Source: the human T2T-CHM13v2.0 reference genome, Homo sapiens
Assembly: GCF_009914755.1 (NCBI RefSeq)
Contig: NC_060927.1
Strand: one strand, 5' to 3'
DNA: 64,000 nt
Position numbers and translations under genes: made by a program. This document shows, one piece after another, positions 1 to 13,270 of the stretch (the stretch's first letter is position 1; each line of letters begins with the position of its first letter). The notes under the pieces were generated by a model. That model saw only the letters and a program-made list of their open reading frames with translations, made no database searches and was not told the DNA's origin.

Positions 1-2140
1 CATTACTGGAAAAAAAAATTCCCAGAGAAATTAAAATGAAGGGCATATGTTTAAAATTACAATGTTCTCTGTCACTGTAAAACTTAAAGCTACTCAGTGG
101 CTACCACACCTTGGCTTTCTATTGGTTTTCTTTATTTGGTTAATAAATGAGATTACATTGTCCTCACCCCATTCTATCATAAAGCGTTTGGTTTTAGAAT
201 GCTTCCTGGAGATTTTGCTTCTTATAAATAACTTAGAAAAAAACTACAAACATTTCCTAGATGGCATTTATTGCTATAAACAGACTCTTAAGTTGTCTAT
301 TATTAAATATATCTACTGTGATAGACTTTCTAAAAACTTTGAATTATGCAGATGATTCCCACTATTAACCATCTTTACTCCCTACTTGCTTATAAAGTTT
401 AGAGTTTTGCAGATTGTTCTGTTATTTTGTATTTTTCTTAATGCCTTGCTTCCACCTGTGAAAGAGATATTTTTAAGCCATTTTGGAAGTAGAAACCTAA
501 TATGTAATCTTGACCCAACAGGATACCGCCCTTGGTGAGGCTTTCCTGCTAGGATTACTCACAGTGATTCTGGAATGCCATTTCACTGTTACAGGCATTC
601 CTCATGGCTTAAAACAGGCACCTTAGTATTAGGACAATGAGCTTTATTGTCTGTGATAAAAAGGTCAACAGTTGTTTTATTAGTTGATAAGATATTTCAT
701 GTAAGATGACAATTAAAGAGCTAAATGTCAAAGCTTGGAAGAGCTGCTTACCTTTGTCCTAACAAACCTGAGGTACTAAATGCTGAATCGTTGAATCACT
801 TTAGAAAGCTACAAAGTAAAGAATAAAGAATATAAATATGAATAAAGCATACAGAATATGACATGATGGATGGCTTCTTAAATGTATTATCAGGATTGTC
901 AAATAAATTTAGTGAACCTAGTAAAATATACTCAACTTAATGGGTTTTTTGGGGGGTTAATTTGAAGATTTTTTTTAATAATTAGTGACAAATATTCAAT
1001 AATTTACTCAACTGGGCTGCTGTTTTCAATTTTCATTTGTGAAACTGTATAATTATTGACTTGCTGATCCAAAAAAATTACTTCTTTTTCAAAAAGGGAT
1101 AATTTAAATAAATAATACATTCATACTGACATATAGTATATATAGAAAAATTGGTCTCTACCAGGTGATATCCAGGATAACTAACCAGAAATTCTAGAAA
1201 GAAGAAGCTATTTGTAATTCACTCCATTCTCTTCTTGAAGAATAAACAGTCACATTTTGACTGTGTGTGTGATCTACAATATTGCCTTCTTCCCTGGCCA
1301 TCTGTCATAGCTCCATTCAGGAGTGTAACTATGCACTCTCTCACTTGTTTCTTGACTTTCTTATTTCTTGCCGATGAACCAATTTTTCCATGAAATAATT
1401 TTATGAATGGTGGCCAGTGTCCTGTTTTAGGGAGTGTCTTAGATGCTATATAGCAAGAAGGTCTATAGGACAAAGAGAGGAAATAGTGCACTAACACAAA
1501 AGTGAAGCATCAATTAATTTAATACTGAGTGTGTAGTTTTAAAATATTTTATGGCTCCCCAAAGTGATGTGCCCTTGCTTTTCCAACTTGTGTTGAGAAG
1601 GAAATACATAAGCATGAATGCTCATTTGCAGGTAACCCTAGCAGCAAGACCCAACAGTATGCCTAGAGATTCAAGAGGCTTTTGCAGATGTCCTCACCTG
1701 GAAGATGGGAGAGAATATTGTGCTTGTAATAACCATAGCATCATGCCCAAGAGATCCCGAGGAAGATGCCACAAGTCTTCTGTCAGTTCTAGTTCTCTGT
1801 TATGCTGAACTTTCTCTATAACCTTGGAGAAGTCATCTCAATCTCTATATACCACACCTTTCTTATCTGTGTAATCTCTTAGTTCTTTTAGCTTCAAAAG
1901 GATATGAATTGGCCAACTGAAGTTGGTTTGTCTCAACTCTCCTGAGAGCCTAACTGCCAAGGATGGCATCATGTGGGAAAAACACATCAGAGCTCCAAGC
2001 GTGCAGTTGCAGGGATGCTTTTAAAATCTACATGGGCGTGGAGACTGTGAGACCCTAGACCTGTGGATGGTTTACAAGTCAAGTTGGGAAATTCTAGAAC
2101 TGAGGTGTGAATAATCCATTTCTGTATTGATTAATCGCAG

Positions 2141-2284
2141 ACCCCAGAGGGTATAAGTGAAGAACAGAGATCTCAGGAGTTGGCTGCAATGGAAGAAACC
2201 CGGATAGTCATTCTGAACAACCTCGAGGAACTTAAGCAAAAAATCAAAGACATAAATGATCAGATGGATGAGTCTTTCAGAGAG
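2141..2284 (+). CDS. PHLDB2: PHLDB2 internal coding exon (TPEGISEEQR...DESFRE), coiled coil, phase 0-0
   Basis: ttaatcgcAG acceptor at 2139-2140; 144 nt open frame; donor GAG|GTAAAC at 2285; peptide matches recalled LL5-beta. Confidence 0.93.
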
Positions 2285-3355
2285 GTAAACTTTTTACCCT
2301 CTTCCCTTTTTTCTTTCTTTCCTTCAGCTTAAAAATATTGCTACTTATTCAGGCATAGGCTTTGGAGGCCAGATACATAGACGTCAACACAAGCAAACAT
2401 TTATTCAGTGGGTTCCCTGTGTAGAGTGAAAATACCCTTTTTCTACATTCCTTTTTTCTTTCTTTTTTTTTTCCAACCAGATGAGATAAACATATTAAGC
2501 CCTCTTTAATGTACTTTATGAATCTCCAACCAACTTTGTTTAAACTAGTACGTGCTTTCTGACCTGACCTAACAGAGGATCTATCAGCTGAGGTGCTCTG
2601 TATTTAGATTTCAAGGTCAAATCCAGCAAATGTTTTCTGAACGTGCTTTACTATGAGTTGGATATCACATTGGCACCATGATGAAATTCACACACGGATC
2701 AAAAATCGATCCAGGTTTCTAGAGGTTTGGAAACCAGGGGGAAGCAGAGAGAACACATATTGCATAACCACAATAGAAGACAGTGGCATTTTTATGTTAC
2801 CCCCATGGCATGAGAAGGGGCACGTAATTCTGCCTAGGGAAGATCTGTGTGTCTGTCCTTACAGATGATACCAATAGGCCCTTAAGTGGTTAGGGGACTG
2901 CTCACCTGTTGTCTTGCGTAGAGACGCTGGAAGCCCCTCCTGCTAGCATTGCGAGGAATGCAGAGCTCACATGCTGGGCTTGGGTAACTTTCTCTTCCCA
3001 TGCTCTAGGGACAAAGAAAGAAAGACGTGGCTGCTCCCATGGTGGTTTGTGCTTGATCTTGAGCTGAAGCAAATAGGCAAAATATCCTTGAGAAGTGAGC
3101 AGAAGAGGGGTTATAGTAGAAAAGTTAAGTGATAAGATAGCTAGTTTTTTTAGTGAATATATTCTAGGCTCTCTAGCTTGCTTATATGGGAATCTTGCTT
3201 TCACATGGGCTCTCTGGAGTGTTCTCAGGCACCCGATCTGGCTGCTACAGTATTACTTTTGGAAATTTGTAGCTGTTGCAAATGTATCTCTAGGGTGGTC
3301 AGTTGAGAATATCCCCAAAGGTGAAACACTTCTGAGCTTTGGTTTGTGTCCTTAG

Positions 3356-3493
3356 TTGGATATGGAATGTGCTCTTTTGGATGGAGAACAGAAATCTGAA
3401 ACAACTGAACTTATGAAGGAGAAGGAGATTTTGGATCATCTAAACCGGAAAATAGCTGAACTGGAAAAGAACATTGTTGGTGAAAAGACCAAG
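3356..3493 (+). CDS. PHLDB2: PHLDB2 coding exon (LDMECALLDG...VGEKTK), phase 0-0
   Basis: ccttAG acceptor; 138 nt; donor AAG|GTAAAA; overlaps ORF 3356..3568. Confidence 0.95.
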
Positions 3494-4678
3494 GTAAAAG
3501 AAAATTATATTTCAATGCAGTTTTTATGGGCAAAGTGGTGGTCCCAGTTGATTGAATTTAAATGTTGAATGCATTACTGTGGTTTTGGATTTGTGTGTCA
3601 TGTTCCTGGAGGCAGTGGCACTAGAGAAAAATCCTAAGATCATACATTGTCAGAAACCAAGAACTGCCAGGTACTGGGCAGCTGATGCTGAGAGAGCAGA
3701 GTTCATATAATTTGTGAGCCGATATTCCTGGCAGCTTTATCCTACTTGAGATGAGTGCGTTGTTTGTTTGCTTTTTTTCATTGGCCTTTCTGCTTTTCTG
3801 ATTCCATTGTGTTTTTTAAGTAATTTCTTTAGTATACTGAAGTTCTTTACCACTGCTGCCCTGTAGGGATGGCTTAAGCAAATTCAAATAGGTTTGCCTC
3901 ATTTCTTTTATTTCTTTTCATTTTTCTGTTTATTAAACAGATGAATGAGAACCACTCATCTCACCTGCTTTGCCTTGCTATTGTTTTCAATGCAAGTGCA
4001 CTGCTTTTTGACAAATGTATTGGAGTTTCTAAAATTTTCTTCTTGGGGTAGTCCTCACACACTGCCAAGAGAAAGCTATCTGTGAAACACAGTTGACACT
4101 TATCTTGGAAAAGGTTCTGTGTATACATTTTGGATCACAACCTGAATGGTGGCTGATATCTATTAGGGAAAGTATGAAAAATCACTTGCAAATTTTAGAA
4201 TTCAGGATGGTAGTTGGGTTTGTCTGTTTATGTGTTTTTTTCCTCTGGGAAATATACATTACTCTCCTCTCCCATTCTGAGTTAGTTAGAGCAGAACTAA
4301 AAATAAAATTCCAATAAAACTGAAAATAAAATTCCAATTTGAGAAAGAAAAAGCAAATAAGCTTTAACACATTCTTCCTTACTCAACATGTTCTCCACTA
4401 AGCTGAGAAAAAGAAAAAATTTTTAGTTTGAGTAAGTTCTAGTGGTAATGTGTAGAAAGAATTTCTGCTGAACGTGACTTCCTTTTTAGGCTCTTATTTG
4501 TTTAAGACTTATAAATAAGGGCATTTGATCTTGGTGCCAGAGAATGAGCTCAAAATGGTAGTCAGAAATAAAGTCAAATTAAATGCTACACATCAATTTC
4601 TTGGTTACCAGCATGTCAGAATTAAACTGCACAGGCTTTTCATATTAAATTTTATGTACGTTCATTCTGCCCCCAGAC

Positions 4679-4976
4679 TTTTTTTTTTTTTTTTTTGAAA
4701 CGGAGTCTCACTCTGTCGCCCAGGCTGGAGTGCAGTGGCGCAATCTCAGCTCACTGCAAGCTCCGCCTCGCAGGTTCAGGCATTCTCCTGCCTCAGCCTC
4801 CCAAGTAGCTGGGACTACAGGCACCCGCCACCACACCCGGCTAATTTTTTGTATTTTCAGTAGAGACGGGGTTTCACCATGTTAGCCAGGATGGTCTCGA
4901 TCTCCTGACCTCGTGATCCGCCCACCTCAGCCTCCCAAAGTGCTGGGATTACAGGCGTGAGCCGCCGCGCCCGGCC
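4679..4976 (-). mobile_element. AluY-like SINE, full length
   Basis: polyT then reverse-complement Alu; AluY-type GCAAGCTCCGCC and GTTAGCCAGGATGGTCTCGATCTCCTGACCTCGTG; many CpGs retained. Confidence 0.95.
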
Positions 4977-5849
4977 CAAACTTTTAAGTAGTATTTGGGT
5001 AGTGGGTGTATTTTTCCTAAAAGGCCAAAATGAAGTCAAAGAGTTGACTGTCTAAGTCTGCAGTACTGAAGGATTCAGTTAATGGCTATGCTTTTCAAAG
5101 ATTCTGCAAGAAGCCTTCATTGGAGGCATCAGATGTCTTGTGTTAATATTTTATTATCAAGTAAATATTAATTAAATTAAGTAATAGTAGAGTAGTTTTA
5201 TTGCTATGTATGTCATATTGGAAAACTCGTGCAACATAGGAATTGGGTATCATGTTCCCTGTGAACCCTCCTGCCATCCTAATCCATGTAGTTATTTATT
5301 TTGTGTATCTCACATATGGCATGGCCTGCAAATTCTATTTGTGTATTTCTCATTAATATCAGATTCTACACAAAAGTGAAGCAAGTTGAGCCAATGTTAA
5401 ATCTCACTTCCCAGGGAAAGTTATCTTATGTTTTCAAGGTGGAATTCTCAGGTGGAATTCTAGGAACACGGGCAGAAACAAGCAAGGAAGCTACCTCCAT
5501 CCTTCCTAATATTGTTTTGATGGCTTGACAGAGGCTATGCACTGGAGAGGGGACTACAGGGGCTTGACGCATAGGACCAGCTCATACAGCTATGAGGGAA
5601 TTAGTTGGTCTTAGAAGGTAGGATTATTCTCTGTCATTACATCATGTGAAAAATGGCAGAAACTGGCTTGGGGTGAGGAACTCCAGAAGAGGATGTGGGA
5701 AGTGGAAACAAAGACTGGTCTAGATGATGTTACTATGTATTCTTGACAACTAAACTCAAATAGAGACTCAACACAGCTTGGCAAAAACATTATTAGGTTT
5801 CTCAAATAAATTTATTCCACCATTTAATGACACAGCTATTTCATACACT

Positions 5850-7500
5850 CTGTTCATACTCCTGGCCAACTTTCATCCCTCTGGCTCAGAGATCATCTTA
5901 CCATAGAGAAATTAGAAGCATCCCATCTTCTCACAATGAAGGCGGGGTTCCCTCCTTCCATCAAACACCACTCCCTTTGGATGTGCTCTGGGTGTCATCC
6001 TATCCCACCTTCTTGAGGTCTTCAGTCTTTCTGCACCCTCACCCCCTGGGGTCAGTTTCTCTCTCTTTACTGTCAGCATGCCAATATTATTATTTTAAAA
6101 ATAAATTACTACTTTATCGATTAACGATAAGCTACTACCTTATCTCTCTTCTCTTCATCATAGCTAAACTTATTAAACAATTTTCTGGGTATACTGTGTC
6201 TCCTTTTCTTCATTTTCCAATTAAACATTCTTCCCACTCCAGTTGGCTTAGACCTCTACTCCTCCATCAGATTCTCTCCTGTTAAGACTACTAAAGACCT
6301 CAGTGGTGCCCAGCCTGCTGGGTGCTTTTCAGTCCCCTCATGATCAGACTCCTGAGCAGCATTCAGTACAGGGGACAGCTCTTTTCTTGGTGCTTCTTCA
6401 CTGTCTCCCTTTTGTTTGCCTCTGTGTACCACAATCTTCTGGTTTTCCATCTATTTCTCTTACCTCTTTCTCACTCTTTATCTCTCATCTGAACTCAGTT
6501 CTCTTGTACCTTCATGTCCTTCTATAGCTATGGCTTCAAATAACTTGTATATGCTGGTGACTATCATAGGGATTTCTCTAGTTCATAACCCTTTTTGGAA
6601 TTCTGACTCATATCCTGTGCCTACCTGACATCCCCACTTGGATATTTCATGGGTATTTCCAATTGAACACACCCATAACTGAACTCTTGATCTTATCTTT
6701 TCCCTTGCCTTCCACCCTCCACCCTCCATCCTCTAGTTTTTCCAACCAGGAGATTGCATCTCTATTCACCTATATGTTCAACAGAAACCTGGAAATTGAT
6801 CTTGACACATCTTTCCTTATCATCCCTACATTCAGTTGATTACCAGCTTGTTTCTTGATTGCTTCAACATCTCTGCATCTCCACTAACAGCATTCTCTTC
6901 TCTATTATGAAAATCTCTTATTTAGTCTACTTCCACTTGCTTTCCTTCAATCCATTCTCTTCACAGCAGCCAATGTGATTAAAAAGAAGAAATTAGACCA
7001 TATTACTGTGGTTTGCATCACACTGTACTTGACTATGCATCCAAATTCCTTAGTGTGATCTGTCACCAGCCTTTCTGTCACCACCCTCCCATTCTTCACA
7101 GCACTCTCAGAGTCACCTTCCTTTCTATCTTTCTGTTTGTTAAAAGATTCATCCTCCCCCAACCCCAGTCCTTTGCAGATACTGTTTTCCCCTACCTGGA
7201 ATTCCCTTCCTCATATTCCATGCCTCATTGGTTCTGTCTTTCAGGGCTCAAGATCAGTGTTAGTTTTTCAGAAAAGCCCTCCTAGACCTTTCCAGTTCGG
7301 GTTAGATTTTCCCTGTTGTTCTTTTTACAGATAAACATTTTATAATTTATGTTTGTTTTGAGCCTACTAGACATTTATATCCCACTCTAGCCTGTGAAAT
7401 AGAGGAGGGCACTAGGGCACTGTGATCCACTGTTTATCCAGCCCGTAGCATGTGCCAGGCAGGATACTGCCCAGTGTGCTTACGAATATTGTTGTTGGAT
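5850..7500 (+). mobile_element. Ancient L2 LINE 3' fragment (boundaries approximate)
   Basis: Long C/T-rich tract with L2-like motifs (ATCCCCACTTGGATATTTCA, CCATTCTCTTCACAGCAGCCA) and an L2-like 3' end near 7440-7500. Confidence 0.65.
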
Positions 7501-7874
7501 TTTCCTGCTAATGGCTGGTCCAGGCTGGGCCTTAGCAAAACACTGAGCCAAACACCTGCCAAAGAGTGCAGCCAAGTTTCAGGACAGCTGGGCTGGGCTG
7601 CCCGTGTGCACATGCCAGGAGGCCTGTAGTCACACGGCCCATCATGCCAAAGCGTAAGACAGAAGGAGGAAGTGGCCTTTCCCCTTAGGGATCGTGTTTC
7701 CTTTTCCATACACCTGTTGCTGTGGTCAGATATAAACCATGGAATGAGAAAAGCAAAACCTGAAAAGATATCTCTGTTGGGCAAGCTCCGATTCAGATGT
7801 TAATAGTACATCCTGTAAGCCTGGCTCTAGAATTTTGGAGACAAGGCCGGAGCCATAGGAAAAAGGTTTAATAA

Positions 7875-8219
<345 letters not shown>

Positions 8220-10321
8220 TGATATGAAATTACTGATGTTATTTTTTTGGCTCTGAAGATTGGTCTTTAGTGTTACTTCTTTTAGCTGATTTAGGAATGC
8301 ATTTTATTTTGCACATTCGTTACCCTATAAAATATAAACCATAGGCATACTTCTATAGAAAACATAAAATATAGTCAGTTTGTTCTACTGTGTATTTATT
8401 GAACATTTTTGCAGCAGTTTCCTGCACTGGCCTTTTATTACCCTTAGGGGTACCACTGTTACGAACATCAATAACCCTGTTTCCATCTGACCTTGAGATA
8501 CATGCCACCTGCCGGTTGTGTTCTCGGATAGTAGCCACATCACAGATGGAGCCACTATGAACATTGATAAAGCTTAAACAAGGATCTAACTCAGACATAA
8601 ATCTGGAGGGTATATTTACTTGGTGAAGCAGTAAGCAAAGAGACCATCACATTTTCTTATAGCAAGTGAAAGAAGATTGGGACCTCTGGTCTAGCAAACT
8701 GTTTTCATTTAATGGGCCTGGTGACAGAGTAGGGAAACCGCTAGCACCATGAAGCCCAGCTTGGGCAAAGGCCTGACTGTGGAACTGGCTTCCTTCCCTT
8801 CTACTCCCCATCCCCATTCCAAGGCAGAGCCTGATCTCAGGCAATGGCTAAGAAGATACGGATGTGTGCATCTGTTTGCGTAGGTTTTCTGTCTCTATTT
8901 CTAGCTGTGTTAAAAATTTGAAACTAAAAATATTTTTCAATTTCTTCTATTTATGGATTATCTGTTTTATCTGTGCTTCTTTTTAGCGCACAAAAATCAA
9001 GTCAGTTGTACCAAAATTAAATAAAATGGTTAAGAAAAGCTTCTGATTCAGTAGACGTGCTGAGGGGTCTTCCCATGACCCAGATGATAAACATATATCT
9101 CAAACTATCCTTTTGTTTAAGGACAAATATTGTGTGTCTTCACACAGATGCATTGTTATATTTTGTAGCCATCCTAGCCTGCACTCTTAAACACATGAAA
9201 CACACTTAAAGTTTTGAACTGAAGCTTAAATCATTCTGTGCCATACAACATGTACCTGAATGAAATCTTAAATTCTTTGACTTCCTAATGTTTCTACAGT
9301 AAGCATATATCATTGCATGTTAAATGGTTAAATCTTTTTTCCCACGATTTTCTGGCCAAAGTACCTGTTACTTCCTCCCCATCCTTCCTTTGGAGCCAGA
9401 GAAAGACAGTGAGCCTAGCCCAGAATTCTTCAGCAAAGTGTTAATACCTCTTGAGTGCAGAACAGGTGCCAAGTCACAGTCAGTGTGCAGCAGGGACCCA
9501 GCCCTTCCCGTGCCTCTTTCTTACATTTCAAAGTTGGCTCCCTGGTCAGAGGAAGTGGAACTGTATAATGGGATTTGGGGATTAAATCAATAGGATTCCA
9601 GCTTGAGGCTATTTTTTTTCTCGTAGTTGTTTGATTACATAAGTCCTGAGTTTCTGACTTTCTAGTTTTTTTTTTTCTATGCTAAACATTCATCAATTGT
9701 GTAATTAAAATGTCAAAGCCAAAGGAAAAAAATCTAAGAAAGAAAGAATTATAGGATGTTCCTCTTCAGAGGCAGAGAATGGTTGGTTACTCAACAATCA
9801 TTATTTGTTGACACAGGTCTATAATCTTTCCTCTGCAGTTCCAAAATCTGAAAAGTTTCATGGGGAAAAAAAGTAATTTTGTAAGGTTGAATATTCATAA
9901 ATGTAGCTACAGAAATAGTAACATGTTTGATTAGAGGGTACTGCTCCAAATCTCACTGGAAATGTCATATAATATACGCTATATAATCTGTGTTACCTCT
10001 ATGAAATTTCAGAATATTCCGATATCCAAAATACTTCCTGACTTATATAGTATCATGGACGTATGCATATGTCCAGACTCATCAAAAGGAATGCTTAAAC
10101 ATGGGCCATGTTTTTGCCTATGAATTCTACTTCAATAAAGCTGTTAAAAGAAAAACGAATTTCACATAAATGATTATGGGCCTAAAATAGTTGCCTAATC
10201 TATGAACCTATAAGGATGCCTGCCTCCCAAACAAAGCCACAGGGTTTAGGAACAGGAAGGAAAGGGATTTTTAGGATACATAGATAGGACTTTGAATGGA
10301 CCTCCCTTAAAAATGACGACT

Positions 10322-10471
10322 GGCCAGGCGTGGAGACTCACACCTGTAATCCCAGCACTTTGAGAGGCTGAGGCAAGAGGATCACTTGAGCTCAGGAGTT
10401 CAAGACCAGTGTAGGTAACACAGTGAGACCTCATCTCTGTCAAATAAATAAATAAATAAACAAATAAATAA
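10322..10471 (+). mobile_element. Alu left monomer/FLAM with (AAAT)n tail
   Basis: GGCCAGGCGTGG start, ~120 nt monomer, then AAAT repeats. Confidence 0.85.
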
Positions 10472-10641
10472 ATGAAGGCTTAGAGACTATAAATTTTGAC
10501 ATATCACTGCGTCAATTCCAAACCTGACCGCATATCTAATGAAATGTGGCCCGCGTGCCTAGAGTGCTGGGTTCTGTGCTAAACAGTTTGGAAATTACAA
10601 AAGTGGATTTTAATTTTTAGGAAAATCTTTATCATGCTAAC

Positions 10642-10828
10642 AGGGTTGTCAGAACTAGCAAACAGAAATACAAGAACCTCAGGTACATTTGCATTTCCGA
10701 CAAACAGAATCATTTTGTATTGTAATTATGTCCCGTGCAATAATTGGGACATACTTAACATTAAAGTCATTTGTTGTTCATCTGAAATTCAGTGTAGCTG
10801 AATGTCTTCTGTTTTATCTGGCAGCCCT
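10642..10828. mobile_element. MER53 palindromic DNA transposon (MITE-like)
   Basis: Inverted ends AGGGTTGTCAGA / TCTGGCAGCCCT; central TATGTCCC-N-GGGACATA palindrome; ~190 bp. Confidence 0.8.
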
Positions 10829-12056
10829 ACAGGTTAATAAATTTGTAACCTTGAACCATCTGTTTATCAAGTATTGCACACTTAAATATGATAAAATGAT
10901 TTTTTAATTGGTATCCTAGAATATTCTGTGTAGTATTGAAACTCCAGAGAGTTAGCAAATTAAATTTGCTTATTCCTTCAGTAATACAACTTAGAAGAGA
11001 GACAATTTATGTTATTGTCTTTTAACCATCTAGCAGAATAAGTAGTCTTTTGACAAGCCTTGCGTTTTTAAGATCATTCAAGATTATTGGCAACTCGTGT
11101 GCAAGTTCAAATTCTTTAGTGTAAACTTTTAACAATCCTGATCATTTTTATGGTTAGACGATAAATATTTCACCTCTGAATTTGAAATGTATCATCCCTG
11201 TCTGTACGAATATTGCATACTGCAATCTGTCACAGTTTTTGTTTGGTTTACTTGAGACATTTAATTTAAATGTAAAAAATTTACAATTGGGATATTATTT
11301 GTAAGAGAGGACTTTTATACTGTGAAGTAAAGGCATTAGGACCAAATATTTTAAGAATAGTTTTTGGTGGATCCTGTATTAATGTTCTATATATTCATTA
11401 GAAAAATCAAATTGTAGTTAATTGCTTTTGCCTCTCTCATAACCCTGGGTGGCTAAGTCAATGGGTCTCAACCTGGCTGCATATCAGAAAACCTGGAGAG
11501 ATTTTAAAATGCTTGTTACTAAGCCTTCTATCCCTGGATTTGTAACCAAATTGGGGCCTGGGAAATAGTATATTTAAAAGCTCTTCCACATTGTTCTAAT
11601 GGGTTAACTGGACTGTGCTACATGAGGACAGGATCAATTGCTCTCTTTTCTTTCCTCTCCTCTAGTTTTCTTTCAATTGTTATTGAGCAAATGAACAAAC
11701 AACTCACTATGGAAGCAAATATAGGCCCAATTTTATAAACTGATTTCTACCTTAATTTACCCATGGGTAATTTATCTTTGTCTATATATGAATGTGGAAC
11801 TCTAGAAACGTCAGTTTTAAATATACAAAATAGGTCAAAACTGGCATGAATTTGTGACCCAACTGGATTTTGCTCGTACATCAAGAGAAGACAAGTCAAA
11901 GTGAGAACAGTGCTGTCTCTAGGAAAGTCCCATTCTGTTTGTGGTTTTATAAATGCCCTCTTGTACATCTGGATTTTCCTGGAGTGTTCCAATTCCTTCT
12001 AATCTTAATTTTTTCAATAAAGTGAAATGTGATAAATTTATTAAAAATGCATTTTA

Positions 12057-12336
12057 GGCTAGGTGCAGTGGCTCATGCCTATAATCCCAGCACTTTAGGA
12101 GGCCGAAGTGGGAAAATCTCTTGAGCCCATGAGTTCAAGACCACCCTGGGAAACATAATGAGACCCCCATCTCTTCAGATAAAAAATAAAAAATTAATCT
12201 GGTATGGTTGTGCACACCTGTAGTCCCAGCTACTTGGGAGGCTAAGATGGGAGAATCACTTGATCCTAAGAGTTAAAGGCTGCAGTGAACTGTGATCATA
12301 CCACTCCAATCCAGCCTGGATGACAGAGTGAGACAC
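12057..12336 (+). mobile_element. AluJ-like SINE
   Basis: Diverged dimeric Alu with little A-tail. Confidence 0.9.
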
Positions 12337-12985
12337 TATTTTAAAAATTTTTTTAATTCATTTTTTTTCCTGAAAGTACATTTATGAATATTTTTTAAAA
12401 AGTTATATTCTCTCTCAGTTTGGTGTTTGGAAAATATTATTGTGCCTATTGCAGTTAGAATAGGTGAGTTTACCAATTTAAATATGGTGGAAGAGAAAAA
12501 CCTCAATCTTAATATTTTACATTTAAAAAGCAAGAATCCCTAAACCCTCAAATGCCATCTATTTTACATTCACTGTAGAAGGTGAAACTTTCAGCTCTAA
12601 TTAACTGCTTGCCTAGAGCTAATTTTCCTTTAACAACTTCCTGGACAATAAATAGAATAGAGGAATATTAATTTCTTTCTGGCTCAAAGTTGGTCTACTT
12701 CTGGCACTCACAGGAGTTATATCACCTCTGCCGTCCTCTGTGATTTATAGCCAGGCCCACCTGCCACTGGTCTTCTTTCATCCTTTCCCTTTACTTCCTT
12801 TGCCCTAGCTTTGGCCCCACTGAGCTTTTGCTCTGGGACCCAGGTAGTGGTCACAGCATTACTGATAAACAGAGAAGCTGCAAAAAGTTCTAATGGTGCC
12901 TGCTTGCATATTCTTCTAGATGCCCCCTTGTATGAATTGCAAAACCTTTTGAGCACCTCGGAAGTAAGGCACTATTTAAATATAA

Positions 12986-13270
<285 letters not shown>

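Noticed and set aside
2450-2490. Strong-looking acceptor ttccaaccAG|ATGAGATAA
   Set aside because: Immediate stop, with no convincing donor or poly(A) signal nearby; probably a T-rich low-complexity tract.
5827-6628. 152-aa and neighbouring ORFs
   Set aside because: They lie in a degenerate L2 fragment and show no recognisable domain or splice structure.
9815-10185. Possible ancient Tigger-like element interrupted by an L1 3' fragment
   Set aside because: Too diverged to assign a family or boundaries without RepeatMasker.
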